Program-made: the position numbers and the translations under genes | DNA from: Takakia lepidozioides | Lineage: Eukaryota; Plantae; Bryophyta | DNA: 64,000 nt | Direction of reading: 5' to 3' | Assembly (NCBI GenBank): GCA_030704615.1 | Contig: CM060734.1 | Span: 50,406,001-50,470,000, forward strand | Notes under the pieces: generated by a model | The model's database searches: none | What the model saw: only the letters and a program-made list of their open reading frames with translations | Told to the model about the DNA's origin: nothing | Shown: one piece after another, positions 29,701 to 42,504 of the stretch | Layout: each line of letters begins with the position of its first letter | Numbering within the stretch: the stretch's first letter is position 1

Positions 29701-32700
29701 CTGGTAGTATTTGTCCTTCGTTTGCATGGATGCATGTTCCTCACATGCTGTATCTGCTGATGTTTATATGTACTGCTAACAGGAATGCAGCAGAAGATTT
29801 CAAAGTGGATCAACAGTTTTGCAGCTGGTGTTTCTTCCCTTCCCACTCCATGAAACCATTTATCCTTACAGACTTCCATATCATTCTTTGTATTCCTTGA
29901 TCCAGAACCGGAAGATTGACGAGTAAGGGTATCCTATGACAAAAGGTTTTTACGATTGTGTAGCATGGTCTTTTTTCATATCCTTAGTTAGCAAAAGTCT
30001 AGTGAGTTTTGTTAAGCATAGAATGTACTCATGAGACGTTGTTTGCCGTAGCCTTGTGGCCATTGACCCCGCGCCCAGTTCGAGCGGAAATTTTGTTAAG
30101 CATAGAGAAAAAATGGTTTAGGCTTCCCTCAAAACTGTAGAAATGGCAACCTCTTAAGACCTAGTGTCTCCAAATTTCCATTCGTGCACAATGTATTACA
30201 ATCTAACCACATTCAATAGGGGTCTATTACAGCTGTTGGATAATGTCGTCAATCAGAGATGCAATCTATGAAGAAGGTCAGAAACCGACTTGGCTGCATT
30301 TTCCCAATGACTTCAACTTGAGTGGACATTTGCATCTCTTGTTTGAGACAATGAGAGAATAGTTATAGGATTGCTTAATCCTGTAGGATTCTGCATGGCA
30401 GGTTCATTTCTTTCTGAAGCGGCGAGTTGGGACTTTGTCTGAGGAAGAGCATGCAAGGCTGGACCGGTTGGCTTTGGGCCTGCGTATGCTGGGAGCCCTC
30501 CCACTGCCATGGCAACAGCGCTGTTCTGCACTGCATGAGCATCCCCGTCTCATTCTTGAGACTCTCCTTATGTGGAAACAGCTTGGTGCTGCCTCTCAGG
30601 TAATGTGATCTTCTTTTCTTGGTCTAGTTTTTACTGTAAGAGTAAACAGGCGAATCCAGATCACAGCGAATATTGATATTTTAGACTGGAACCATGAGTC
30701 TCCCTTAAGACAGTTGGAAATATGATTACATCGATCTAATTCTATCATATGCTTTGAAAGGGCCAGAGGCAAATGTTCACCTTTCTAATCTACTAGCCAT
30801 ATTAACCAGAGGGGCAGCGTTCTTTTTGTGAAATTCTGATACTTTTTGTTGGTCAGGCATTGTTGGGATGTCTAAAAATGTCACATTTTTAGATTTTGCA
30901 TTTCATAACTTAATAGGAAATTAACAGGAAATTGTCCTTGTTGCAGCTTTTACAAGCATTTCCCTCTTTACGGGACGATCCGCTCATTATTGACTATGCT
31001 GCTAAAGCTCTGAGTCTCAGTAACAATGCACCTATGGAGCGCAGGCCACTTGTCACTACCCCAGCCACTGTGAAGCCCTCTGGCCATTTGACAACTTCAG
31101 CACGGTCGAACTTTAGCAGTGGACGTAACTCGTTGCAGCGCCGGGCATTTTCCTGGACTCAACGGGACAGTGGTAACAAAATCATTTATAAAGACACCAG
31201 CAACCGGAAACGGAAGCTCGGAACACTCCCACCTTCACAGAAAGCAGCATGGGAGGCAATGGCTGGGATACCTGAGGAGCGGCCACCAGCTGGACTGGGC
31301 AACCTTGACAATTATGAAAGGCCAGCCACGGTGACTATGGCAGAGGAGTGGGTGTTAACTGGGGACCCCAGTAAGGACGAGGCTGTTCGAAACTCACACC
31401 GCTATGAAAGTGCTCCCAGTATCATTCTATTTAAGGTGCAGAATATTTTGAGATGTCAAATTGCATATTATTTGGACAGTAAGTATGAGTGTATTGTACT
31501 CCATGTCTTTTGTCATTTTACTTCAATTAGCTTCTTGTAAAATATTGCATTATCTACATGGGAGAGCAAGCATTTCTGATGAGACCATTTTTCTACCCTT
31601 AATCCCAACCCTCTACAAATGCCTCCCTGCTAGTTGAGCAACATGTCTCAATGATCTCAAGCTGGATAGATTGAGACATGAATAGAGGCAAGGCTTCTAA
31701 CAAGCAATCTTCAGCCAATTAGTACAGTTGTGGCATCCCAAATCATACATGAGGGTGCAGATACTTCTTCCAATAGACGGAACGCACTTTGTGCTCCCCA
31801 GCTGTGCAAGCCTTTGTTGCACGATATGTTGCATTTCTAGTTTTTTCTCTTTGCACTGTTTAACCATAGTGAGTACTTAAATAACACTTTATGTGGTGAA
31901 GGAGCCTATCTATGAATGCAGGCAGGAGAGTGTGATTTCTATTCTGAAAATAATTGTATGGTTGTGGGTATTTTTGCAGGCTCTCCTGGAGTTGTGTTCT
32001 GAAGAAGCAGTGGCTGCCAATGCAGCAGTGGACGTGTGCATCACTCAAATAAAACATGTGCTCTCTTCCCGGCAGCTACCCCTCAATGCTTCTTCAGAAA
32101 GTATTGAACGAGCCTTCCATGCAATTGAGACATTTGTACAGGTAGCCTGCTGTCCATTCATTTGAGCTTCCAGTGCTGGAGGCAATTGTAACATGTGAGG
32201 TTCCACATCTGTTTTCTAGATAGATGCTTATTTAGTTAAAGGTCTTGTGCAAGCAGCAGAGCCAGAGAAATGAAATAAAAATGAAATGGTACTTTATAAC
32301 GTCCGCAGAAAGCTCAAAGAGCTTATGGGACAAAATGGAAAACAAATGAGAGAGAAACAACACCAGAGCCAAAAAACTACCGCTCGAGGGATTGTCTAAG
32401 GGTGAAGGCCTCGTGCAGGTAAGCTGCCAAGCATTTCTGATCCTCATAGTGGACGACTTCAAAGAGAGATTGAGTTCCGCGGAATAGACAGTGGGGCTGA
32501 GAGAAAGCAGGATACAAGAAATGAAATGAAGTGGGGCTCTCAACAAGCTGCCCAATAACTATCAACACCAAGAGATTCTCCAAGCTGGAAGAAGTAAACG
32601 GATTAGTCCACTGGAGGCCAAAGATTTACTGCATAATGATGCCTCATGAAAGAGAAATGAAATGAAATGGTGCTTTATAACGTCCGCGGAAAGCTCATAG

Positions 32701-35700
32701 AGCTTATGGGACAAAATGGAAGGAAGAACATGAGAGAAAATAGGAAAACCAGAGTCAGAGAAAAGAACTATTGTTCGAGTGATTGTCTAAGGGTGAATGC
32801 CTCGTGCAGGTAGGCTGCCAAACATCCAAAGAGACAAAAAAGAGCTTAATTACATCCACAGGAACTCTAGAGAGCCGAACAGACACAAATACAACAACAC
32901 AACCAAAGAATAACTCAACTCTCAGACATAGCACAAAGGCCAAGTGCCTCATGCAGGTACCTCTGCTGAGGTGGGGAATCTCTACTAAGATTCCAGTGGA
33001 GTTCCAGGATCTCATAGGATGCAGGACTGTGCTGAGATTATCCAAAGCCTTGGGAGGTGCGTGGAGAATTCCACACACAGGCAGGAAGGTATAATGATGG
33101 TTGTCTTGGATGATAAGGAACGTGTCTTGTAGAGTTGTCATTTGGATCTGAGCTGGTTCATTCGTCCCCAAGTCTGTTGGGAGGCTCAGAAGGTCTATGG
33201 TACCAAGAGGGGAGTTTGAGACGAGAGGACCTGCAAGTGAAATAGCAGACTGGTAGAAACAAAGTAATGTGTCCATCCTCTTGTTTGACAGGTTCTTTTG
33301 CATGGAAGAGCACAATTAAAGAAGATTTTAGGGGGTTCAGAAGCATCATCGAACAGCTCTGCAGTGGGTGAGGGTGACAGCAGTGAAGGTAAAGAGCACG
33401 CAGCCACACCAGCAACCTCCCCTGCAAGTTCAGGAAGTCCTGCTGAAGCAGAAAGCCAACTTTGCAATACAAGTCTTCCTGAAGTTTTAGCTCAAGCCGA
33501 TATCTGGCTGAACCGTATGGAGCTTCTCCAGAGTTTGTTGGGGTCTGGGGTGACAGCATCTCTTGATGACATGGTTGACAAGGGCTCCGCAGCCCTGCTC
33601 CGAGATCGACTCATTTTTAACGAACGTTACAGTATGGGTGTCTATACATGCACTAAATGCAAGGTAGGAAAGTTCTTACCTTCCTTGGTATATTTATATG
33701 CATGTATGAGTTAGTCAAAGCCTCAATTAAATGGGTCATTTGCGCAGATCATCACCTAAGTCTTTATGGTTTTTGGTATGCTGGTCCAGTTTACCTTTTA
33801 CATAAAGTCCAGTGCTTCTTTGACCACCTACAATCTCTCTAAGGGAATGCACCCATGTGGCAGTGTTTGGGTGCTTCTGGTGTACCCTTAGAAGGGTGGT
33901 CTGTCTTTCACCCAGCGCCCCTTGCCAACACATTCTAATATATTTTTAGATAAAGCTGCTTTGAGAATGACTTCCTTTGACTGGGCTGCAGATTGATGCT
34001 TTTCCGGTCTGGGAAGCATGGGGCCACGCACTACTTCGCATAGAGCACTATGCTCAGGCTAGAGTGAAGTTCAAGTAAGTGCTTTGTACATCCTCTGGAC
34101 CATACAGTTCTTGTATCCATCCTTTTTAATATCTTAAGAGTATAGTTGATTCTATCAAGTCTCACGTCGTCCATCAATTTGCTATCCTTATCTACAGCTT
34201 TGCTTGCAGGCAAACACTCAGATTACACGATGGGGATCCAGCGCCAGTTGTACGGCAGATAATTCAGACCATGGAAGGAGGCCCACCAGCAGATGTGTGT
34301 GCTGCACGCTCCTTGTATGTGTTCCACTCCCCATGCTATGATTTGTCTCACCCTGTGGATATTCTAGAGTCGTAAATAAGAACAAGGCAGTTTTTCATGC
34401 AGTATGAGAGCTGGCCATTACTGTCTGTTTGTGCTGCAGGTATGTGCATATGGCAAAGAGTGTATCATCCTCCTCGGATGATTCTCTCTCAGCAGACTCT
34501 TATTTGAATGTCCTATACATGCCCTCCTTCACAAAGCAGGAGAGGTCACGCCGATCATCGGAAGATTCAGCAGACAGCCATCAAGCCTTCACTGCCCACA
34601 TGGATGGAGATTTCACTTCTCGTAGTAATCTCGATGACATACGCTATGAAGAATGCGTTTATTATCTACAAGAGGTAAGTAATTGGCAATGATTCATCTG
34701 TAAGTTCATGAAAATTCCGTGCTCCTGAGGTTCTGCAGCAAACCTGGCTTGACAGTCACACTGCTTACAGATAGAGTGATGAGGAAGCAACTAATTGTGT
34801 GTGTTTGTGGATGGGGTGTCAGTATGCACGCCCGGACCTTCTACTCTTCATGTTCCGACATGGCCACTACAGCGACGCTTGCTCTCTTTTCTTCCCATCT
34901 GACAGTGTCCCACCCCCCCCGGCTCCATCTCCCTCCCTGACCCAGGCAGCAGTGACCTCTCCACAAAGACCAGACCCTCTAGCCACGGATTATGGCTCAT
35001 TGGATGAGCTCTGTGACCTTTGTGTTGCATATGGGGTTGTGGCTGTCCTTGAACGTGTCATAGCTGCTCGGAGCATTGGCTCAGGTAACCAGGAGTCTGT
35101 AGCCCAACATACAGCTGCTGGGCTCACACGGATCTGCACTTACTTTGAGACACATCGACATTTTAACCATCTGTACAGGTTCCAGGTCAGCACATTTGGT
35201 CTTAACATGCTTGGATCTGCTACATGACATTTTATATTTTTGAAAGGCAGATGTAACAAAATAATATTAATGGGGTAAGGAAGAATAAATTCCCTCTCAA
35301 TCTTGTTTGGGCAACCATTCTGTTCACAAGTACAACGCTTTGACCGAGTAGGTTCACCTCCCAGGTTGAATCTTTTCTTAACCTCACAAAAATCTAGATC
35401 CACGACCGCTCGTGTAGTGATGGAGTTGTCAATGAATGGGATGCCTGCGCAACGCTCAATATGAAGTGTGATTGGTTGTTGAATGTAGGTCTTGAAGAAA
35501 GACTATGTGGCAGCAGGGCTGTGCTGCATTCAGCTCTTCTTGAATTCCCCTAATCAGGACGAAGCCCTACGCCACTTGGAACGGGCAAAGGTTTGCTTTA
35601 TTTTTGTCTATCACATATAATTTTGACAGGATTGTAGAATTTTTTTTGTAGTGAACTAGGCTGTGAATTTGATCATTTCACTGAGTTAATGTGGCACATT

Positions 35701-38700
35701 GGTGTAAAAGCTGACCTTCTGACACACTGATTTTCCTGTCACTATCCTCCTGAAAATTGATCTCTTTTTCTCGTTTTCCCCTTTTTTCTGTTGCAAGGAA
35801 AAGGAAAAGGAGACAGAAGAAACATAAAGTGCAGCATAACCAGTGGGGGTGGTCAAGCTAACTACCTTCTGAGAAAAGGGCAGCCAGGAGTCTCTTTCTT
35901 TCTCTTGTAGTTCTCCTTCGTCTGACAGGCTCTCAGACTTCCCGTGGGGTGTAATAATTTTCCTTCCTCTTAGTCTCCCCCTGCTTTCAATTGAGAGCTC
36001 TGTTCCCTTGAACTGCTGGTTATAGGGCCACAAGGCTAAAACAAGAAATCTCATGAGTACAATTCACGCCAGAAGAGAACTTGAAAGGAATCAGATGTCC
36101 ATGGCAGGTGCACTTTGATGAAGGTTTATTAGCACGCCAGCAAGCAGGAGAGCAGCCCAAAGGTGTCACCAAGGCTGCTCGTGGAAAGCTACCCTCCCAG
36201 AAGCTTACTGAAGAGGAACTCATCAAATTCACTGCCCGAATCTCCATACAGGTGAGTTCACCTCATACACGGTGGAAGCATGCCAGCTTTTTGTTGATTG
36301 CTTGCCTTCCACCTCTCAAAGGCTCAATCTGATATTGGTGGAGATATGGTCGTGCAGATAGATGTAGTCCGCACATTTGGTGACAGCGAAGGGCCCCCAT
36401 GGAAGCATTCTCTGTTCGGGAATCCTAACGATGTGGACACTACCAAGTATGTGTGTCTCTTGATGTTGTTTTCTTCTCGTCTTTTTTTGTGGGTGGTTGA
36501 GCATGAACCAGGCTCTGTCGTTGCCGAGCCTGTTTGGATGCCAGCCTCTTATTGCATTCTCGTATTTGAAGATGTGGAAGTATAGAATTTTCCTTCAGAA
36601 GATTCTCTCCTCACTATGTAAAATATAAAACTTCCACTGTTGTTTGCCCATCAAATGAAGGTATCAGAATGTCATGGGGAACAGGGTGAGCAGTATATGT
36701 TACTGTCAAACCACTTGATTCAGGAGGAGTCCATTGTAGGGCATGGACGTAAGTTAACAGCCCCCTAGGTTAATGAACAAGATGGAGAACCACTAAAACT
36801 GCTGCAAGCTGAGGTTCATCTCTCTAATCTGTTTTTGCAGACGTAGATGTGAAGTTGGGGAGGCATTAGTGGAGAAGAACTTTGATCTGGCCTTTCAGAT
36901 CATCTATGACTTCAGCCTTCCTGGTATGCTATCAATCTTTTGCTTGATGCTCTGTACTGGGGTACCAAAACTGAAAATTGATTGACACTGTTGTTCAATT
37001 GTGGCAGTGAAGGATCTGTACAATCATCCCTCTAGGGACATTATGACCATGATCCCAAAATTCGTCATATATTCTTAGAGGTTTCTTTTGAAGAACAGAC
37101 TCATTAAATTTCATAACAAGTTTACCAAAATCATGGGCAACTCTGTGGTGGACCTCTTATATTCTCAAACATAGTACGATGCTCATGAGACAGGATACCA
37201 TGTGAGAATTTGTCAGTATTCAGTTGTCATATGGCCCCCTTACTGAAGCTTAAATTTAAGATACCAAGCTAAGTGAAGGCCAGCCTGTTGTTGAAAACTT
37301 GATGCATTACCCCCCTAACTGGCATTGGCATTGGCATTTGTCTATGGGGATGCAGCAGTGCACATATATGCAGGCGTTGCTGCATCATTAGCTGAGAAAA
37401 AGAAGAGTAGTCACTTGACTGAGCTCTTGCGCAACATCAAGGGCACCATTGAAGATGACGACTGGGACCAGGTCTGGAGGAGCCTCTCTCTTACTGCAGT
37501 TTTATAATCGAAACTTAGGTTTTCTGAACTCCTATGTGTCTGTTAGGAAACTAGACCTGTCCTCAGTCTAGAGATATTGACAGGAAGCTTCTATTCACAA
37601 GCAGCAGTACAAAAGCTTGACAGCTGAATAATACAGGAATTAGCTAGTACTAACAAGATGAGAGAACTGGAGCCTGGAAGCTCCCTTGCTCCCTACTACA
37701 AAGGAAAGCTAATAGAGTTGACTGTAGATGCTGGACTTCTCCTCCTCCTCGCTGCAATCTACTAGGCTAGCACATCAAACTAGATGGTAGAAGAAGTGCT
37801 GGGCATTGCCTCAGCCTCTCCCTATATCCTATTCAGGTTCTCTGGAACCTTCTGGCAGGAACCATCCCTAGCCGTGAAAAAACCCTAACAGTCCCAATGG
37901 TTAACTAAATCTGAGCTGACTTTTGACACTTCCACTCAGCAAGGATTGAGGTTTAACCCGATTAGTTGCATGCATCTAGAATGCCTTTCTTTAGATAGTG
38001 CCTTGGTGAGTGCATCGGCTGCCATGTCCTCAGTCTGACAGAAAACCAACTCAATCTGCAAACCAATATTTTCTCTAATGAAATGATGTTTGGTATCTAT
38101 GTGTTTGGTTCGTGGATTTTTGGAGCCAATGCTGCTCCTGTTATCAGCATGCATTTTTGCTGGTTGTTCTTGACTGAAGCCAAGTTCACCAAGAAGCCTT
38201 CGAATCCAAATGGCTTCTTTGGTTGCATGAGTTAGAGCCATATATGTACTCATAAAAGACGTTGTTTGCCGTAGCCTTGTGGCCATTGAGCCATATACTC
38301 TGACTGAGACAAAGATAGAGCAGTGCTCTGCTGTCTTTTGCTGCTCCAGCTCACAGCACCTCCACTCATTACAAAACAGTAGAAAACTAGACCTGTCTAA
38401 AATTCAGATACGCCCAGTACATGGGCCACCAGCGTAATCACACCTTCTGGCCCAACTCCTACCCATCCTCAGTCTAGAGATATTGACAGGAAGCTTCTAT
38501 TCACAGGCAGCAGTACAAAAGCTTGACAGCTGAATAATACAGGAATTAGCTAGTACGAACAAGATGAGAAAACTGGAGCCTGGAAGCTCCCTTGCTCCCT
38601 ACTACAAAGGAAAGCTAATAGAGTTGACTGTAGATGCTGGACTTCTCCTCCTCCTCTCTATAATCTACTAGGATTGCACATCAAACTAGATGGTAGAAGT

Positions 38701-40382
38701 GCTGGGCATTGCCTCAGCCTCTCCTATATCCTACACAGGTTCTCTGGAACCTTCTGGTGGAACCTTCTGGTAGGAACAATCCCTAGCCATCAAAAAACCT
38801 TAACAGTCCCAATGGTTACCTAAATCTGAGCTGACTTTCAACAGCGCTTGTCTGGTCCATGGGCACATGATTATGCTCCTGTTTTGCAGAACTGATCAGT
38901 CAGGAACAATTTGTTATGATGACTGGGTCCGCAATTAGTTTGCTCCTCTGGAAGGTTGAGTACCTTCCAGCTGTCAACTCACTATGTCAGGCATTTTTTG
39001 AGTCATTAGGTCGTGGTTGGGATATATGGGGAGTGTTCGATGCAAAGAAGGAGTCTGAGTACCTGGAGATCAGAATGATTGTTTGTTTTGGCATCACCGG
39101 TGTGCATGCTGCTTTGTGTGTCAAAGAATTTGTCAGACTTCTGGTACTTGAGACTTGCTAGATTGGGTACCGGTGTGTGGATGGAGCAGGTTTTGGGTGC
39201 TGCAATAAATGTGTATGCCAATCGGCACAGAGAACGCCCTGACCGGCTCATCGATATGCTCTCAAGTAGCCACAGGTATGTCACCTGCCATCTCTTCACT
39301 CCCATGGATAGGAATGTTGTTGGCTCGGCAGTTCCAGGTTTTAGTTTCCTCGTTCTGTGAATTGCTGCATACAGGAGGGGTTAGTATTCTGCAGGGACAA
39401 TGCTCTCCATGGTACATCGCAGCCAACATAAACAGGAAAGAGTACACCAATTCCCCTCTCTCCCTCTTCCCTTCTAGTGTCTGGGAGCTTTTTCCCAGCA
39501 CAAGGAGAGTGTTTTGACTGTTATTCAGATTTTGAAGGTATGTTGTGCTTATTGTGATGCGTGATTGTACAGGAAAGTGTTAGCATGTGTGATTTGTGGT
39601 CGCCTGAAGACTGCCTTCCAAATAGCTTCTCGCAGTGGTACTATGTCCGATGTACAATATGTCGCACACGTGGTAAACTATTTCACTCCTTTCCATCATT
39701 CATGTGGTGTTAAATTTAACCAAACTATCCAAGGAAACATATTTGTGCATGGTCATTGACAGACATGAGGGCAATGAGGATTGGACTCCTCTTCTTGTTA
39801 GAAGGTTTTCCTTCACACTGAATTACTAAACTGTGAGTTCTGACTTCTGGGAGGGAAAACTGCTCCAAGCTCCTTGCTATGTGAGCAAGTAGTAAGGAGA
39901 CGAGTTTGCAGTTTCCAGCAAGGACTTTTTTGGTGGAGATATCTTCCCAGATGGACACATAAACTTCCTGTGCAAATTGCACAGAAGACGTGGATTCACA
40001 AATCCACAATCTCTAGAATTAAAAGGGGCCCACTGGCAAGTGAATACACAACCTTGCCGGTGGTGATGGTTATGGACCTGGAGTCAAACAATCTGATTGC
40101 AGTGTAGCATTTCTGTAGACTTGGAAAACATTTTCAATTTTGAGATGCTTGTTCATTTCCAGGTAGTGGATGGGACAGTAGTAGGGGCTAACTGAAGTTT
40201 GATTTGATCAAGAATTCTCGCCTTGACATCTGACTACTAGTTGCTTCATGGAGTAGGAGAAAATTGTGGATTAGTCAGAGCCATATAAATGCGCTTTTGT
40301 GTGGATTTTGTGACAGGCACGACACTCAGGCTCACTGGCAGTGGAGGATTTGTGCAAGCAGTGGCTGGCCCACTCACACTAA
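11790..40382 (+). CDS. ZFYVE26: Spastizin / SPG15 (ZFYVE26) plant homologue, AP-5 complex-associated, ~39 exons
   Basis: The N-terminus (MEGKEERLLGRAITNHLFLSQFEPFRA), internal blocks (FVEDWEWRLAVLQRL, GIDTTHDYNFFALVYE, YSTLNRWIQLQANL) and C-terminus (DLCKQWLAHSH*) match the plant SPG15 family as I recall it. GT-AG exons read by eye: 11790-12210, 12943-13625, 14223-14365, 14622-14748, 16742-17026, 17826-17981, 18310-18528, 18879-18976, 19197-19377, 19729-20204, 20839-20962, 21266-21364, 21621-21692, 21969(or 21989)-22096, 22770-22926, 23162-23538, 23995-24081, 24449-24813, 25127-25486, 27787-28014, 28187-28277, 28493-28570, 29413-29703, 30402-30599, 30947-31435, 31980-32141, 33292-33663, 33992-34074, 34210-34314, 34440-34674, 34823-35185, 35489-35590, 36108-36251, 36358-36446, 36841-36923, 37356-37471, 39190-39275, 39573-39672, 40317-40382. 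The exon 2-3 region is the least certain. Confidence 0.9.
14904..16280 (-). mobile_element. 5'-truncated LINE family B (RTEX-like) in an intron
   Basis: ORF 15015-16268 contains LLYADD, VNLSKTKIMVF, YRYLGL, FRVGSHNLRIETGRW and ETEEHFFLYCPLY. The 3' tail has the hairpin AAGCTCtatGAGCTT and (CATTT)n. Confidence 0.92.
25577..25745 (-). repeat. Two LINE-B 3' tail remnants
   Basis: Repeats of ATAAGCTCTTTGAGCTTTCCGCAGAC...ACCATTTCATT on the minus strand. Confidence 0.8.
25759..27203 (-). mobile_element. LINE family A, 5'-truncated, with a tandem second copy of its last ~310 bp
   Basis: ORF 26075-27295 contains VIRPALEYGSAIW, LKFKLRAG and CPLCGQSEDSIHFLIHCP. 25759-26068 repeats 26070-26380. Approximate TSD AAAATGG..AAAAAACAAGAGA at both flanks. 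Confidence 0.92.
28862..29232 (-). mobile_element. LINE-A 3' fragment (28992-29232) adjoining a LINE-B tail (28862-28915)
   Basis: YWANHTQQVDACVKGFLEDIWKTRIN...ATANNV, plus a separate CATTT tail. Confidence 0.85.
30023..30090 (-). mobile_element. 68-bp LINE-A 3' stub with 16-bp TSD
   Basis: TTTTGTTAAGCATAGA at 30007-30022 and 30091-30106 flanks the family-A terminus. Confidence 0.9.
32266..33200 (-). mobile_element. Stack of 3-4 LINE-B-type 3' ends
   Basis: HYEDQKCLAAYLHEAFTLRQS recurs. CATTT tails at ~32266, ~32520 and ~32655. A diverged relative occupies 32830-33200. Confidence 0.82.
37541..38843 (-). mobile_element. Internally deleted Ty1/copia element (two LTRs plus RNase H fragment)
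   Basis: LTRs at 37541-37928 (TG...CA) and ~38380-38843. PPT-like GAGTGGAAG precedes the 3' LTR. The internal part reads YCFVMSGGAVSWSSKRQQSTALS...EYMAL...KEAIWIRRLLGELG...ADN...RTKHID...ADALTKAL. Confidence 0.88.
38245..38287 (-). mobile_element. 43-bp LINE-A stub nested in the copia RNase H
   Basis: TSD GAGCCATATA at 38235-38244 and 38288-38297. Confidence 0.85.
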
Positions 40383-40603
40383 ACTCACCACTTACAAGTT
40401 GTACATCAATTTTGTCATAACCTGTACCCCTTTCTCTGCTTCTGGAACTACATGCCAGCTTTCGTCAACATTTAGTCCCACATAACCGGCATTTGCGTAG
40501 GCTGCAGTAATTTCAAACTGAGTTTCTCATGCCCTGGTGCCCTGGCCCTCACTTCTGGAGGGTAGTGGGTATGCCCTCAATGTTGAGTATCGCACTTGCA
40601 TTC

Positions 40604-41832
40604 ACAGAAAAGAGCACAAACCTTTGCATTCGAGCACAATAGTTTGATATTTAAAATTGTTATCAAGATTAAATAGAATGTTCAGACTTCCACTGTGCGC
40701 TATCTTATGGAGTGACTTTTCAAACTGAATATTATGCTTTCCTCCTCAAGAGACAATGGAGTATAGCTTGTGATGCAGAGTATACCTTTTCACTGCCAGG
40801 TGCTATTAAACTGTTGGGTCCATGCTTGGTTGCCCGTGGCTTGGGATGCCCCATCTTGGGACGTCATCATTCCTCCATATATATTACTTGAAATTCTACT
40901 CTGTGGATGATTGGAAAGGCTCCCCATGAGGAGTTTTCTAAGACAAGTAACTCACTCAATTTGACTCCCATTTGGTCTCTGGTCTCTACTTTCCTTCCTT
41001 GGTCCCCCTTGGTCTTCTGGGACTCCGAGGGTGTGCCGTCCTTGTCTGGAAGGTTGGGATGACATCTTGGAGAATTGACTCACATTTGGCCTCTCTCTAC
41101 TGTTTGTTTAGGATATCTGGAAAACCCGGATCAATGTTTAATACGAAGGTAAGTCTTACTGCCAACGTCAGCCCCTGACAGAGGTAGGTTCTGTCCCTTT
41201 GTGTTCCGCTCAAACTGGGCGCGGGGTCAACGGCTACAAGGCTACGGCAAAAACCGTCTTATGAGTACATTCTCTACTGTTTGTTTTCTGTAATTCTGTG
41301 TTGTTCTGCTCGGCCACCCCTTAGGGACAGCAAATTTCTTTCTCTTCTGATGCTGCTACAGTGTTTGTGGCTGCCACTCCTCATTCTGAGCTGTCCCTGA
41401 TATATTGTGTGGAAACAGACCGCCATTACTTTATAGGGACCATAAATACGCGCAGTGCCATAGTTTATGCAGATTAAGCCAATTACAAGTTTCTCTTCTT
41501 GCCTGCGTTTGTCTTGTATGTCTTGAGTGAGAGATGGGGTTCTGCTAGAGGATATAATAGTTTTGTCCACTAGCACCTATGGGGCCCTGATGGAGGTAAG
41601 GTGGACTAGTCTGATTTGTGCTTTTTGGACAAATTCTGTGTTTGTAGTAAGGGCAGTTTATGTGCACTTGGAGCCGCGTCAGGTTGCTACCCTTTCACCC
41701 AGCTAGAAAGAGGATGAACATAAGTTGTGGAAACTTGTTAGGATCTCATTTCTGATTTTGTGGGTTTGTTTGAACTTCTTTGGAACAGCTGAGAAACAAG
41801 AGGCCCTTCGTGCTATCATGCTCCTGCTTTGT
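40604..41832 (+). repeat. Segmental duplicate, copy 1
   Basis: Direct copy at 44968-46037; partial inverted copy at ~42505-43105. Confidence 0.88.
41110..41270 (+). mobile_element. 161-bp LINE-A 3' stub with 16-bp TSD
   Basis: TCTCTACTGTTTGTTT at 41094-41109 and 41271-41286. The paralogous empty site is present at ~45457-45473. Confidence 0.92.
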
Positions 41833-42060
41833 CGGATCTGGGTCTGCTGTGGCCCACTGCACCCATGGTGGGAGCTGATATCTTTGGCTTCAACTTTGAT
41901 ACAACAGAGAAGCTTTGCATCCGGTGGACACAGGCGGAGGAGTTCATCCCTTCTCCAGAGATCAATATGATATGTGCAGTCCCCCACAGGAGTTCTATCG
42001 TTGGATGTCCGTCACTGAAATAGCCCGGTTGGTATTCTGGTGACGATACCCTCTCTTACA
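41789..42060 (+). pseudogene. GH31 alpha-glucosidase/alpha-xylosidase fragment
   Basis: LRNKRPFVLSCSCFVGSGSAVAHCT / PMVGADIFGFNFDTTEKLCIRWTQ / FSRDQYD...PQEFYRWMSV...RYPLL. Frameshifted, and the catalytic (W)TGDN segment is deleted. Confidence 0.8.
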
Positions 42061-42064
42061 CAAA

Positions 42065-42500
42065 GGCAAGCAATGTCTGGGCTAAATCTGTAGAATCCAT
42101 TCAGGTCGCGGTACTCAAAGAAAGCACGTCAGCTTGTTCTAGAACAGCTAATGTGGCTATTCGGGGCGAGTTTGGCATACTCCCTTAAGCTCTCGACGTG
42201 ATGAATTCAAGGTCAGATGGTGGGGTCAGTATCTGAATATTTCTCCAGAAGAATTGACCCCCTGGATGAAGCTGACCTGGAGGGGGTTGTGTCCAAAGCC
42301 ATTTCTGATGCCCAAAGACTCCGATGAAAATGAAGTTAGGCATAATACTTCCCTGAACTTGTTTCCAGTCTGTGCCATCTGGCGAGGACCGTAAGGAGGA
42401 TCTGAAGGGCTTACCTACCCTCAGAACTAGACTGAAATTTAAACTCGGGGTGGAAGCCGACCTTTGAACAATAGACAGAGTACTTGCCCGATGTGCGGGA
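42065..42500 (+). mobile_element. Decayed internal LINE-A fragment
   Basis: AKSVESIQV...ANVAIRGEFGI...RRDEFKVRWWGQ...LKFKL matches the ORF at 26075-27295. Confidence 0.75.
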
Positions 42501-42504
42501 AGAA

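Noticed and set aside
37536-38848. 5-bp TSD for the copia element
   Set aside because: The flanks GTGTC and GCGCT differ at 3 of 5 positions, so a TSD is not supportable.
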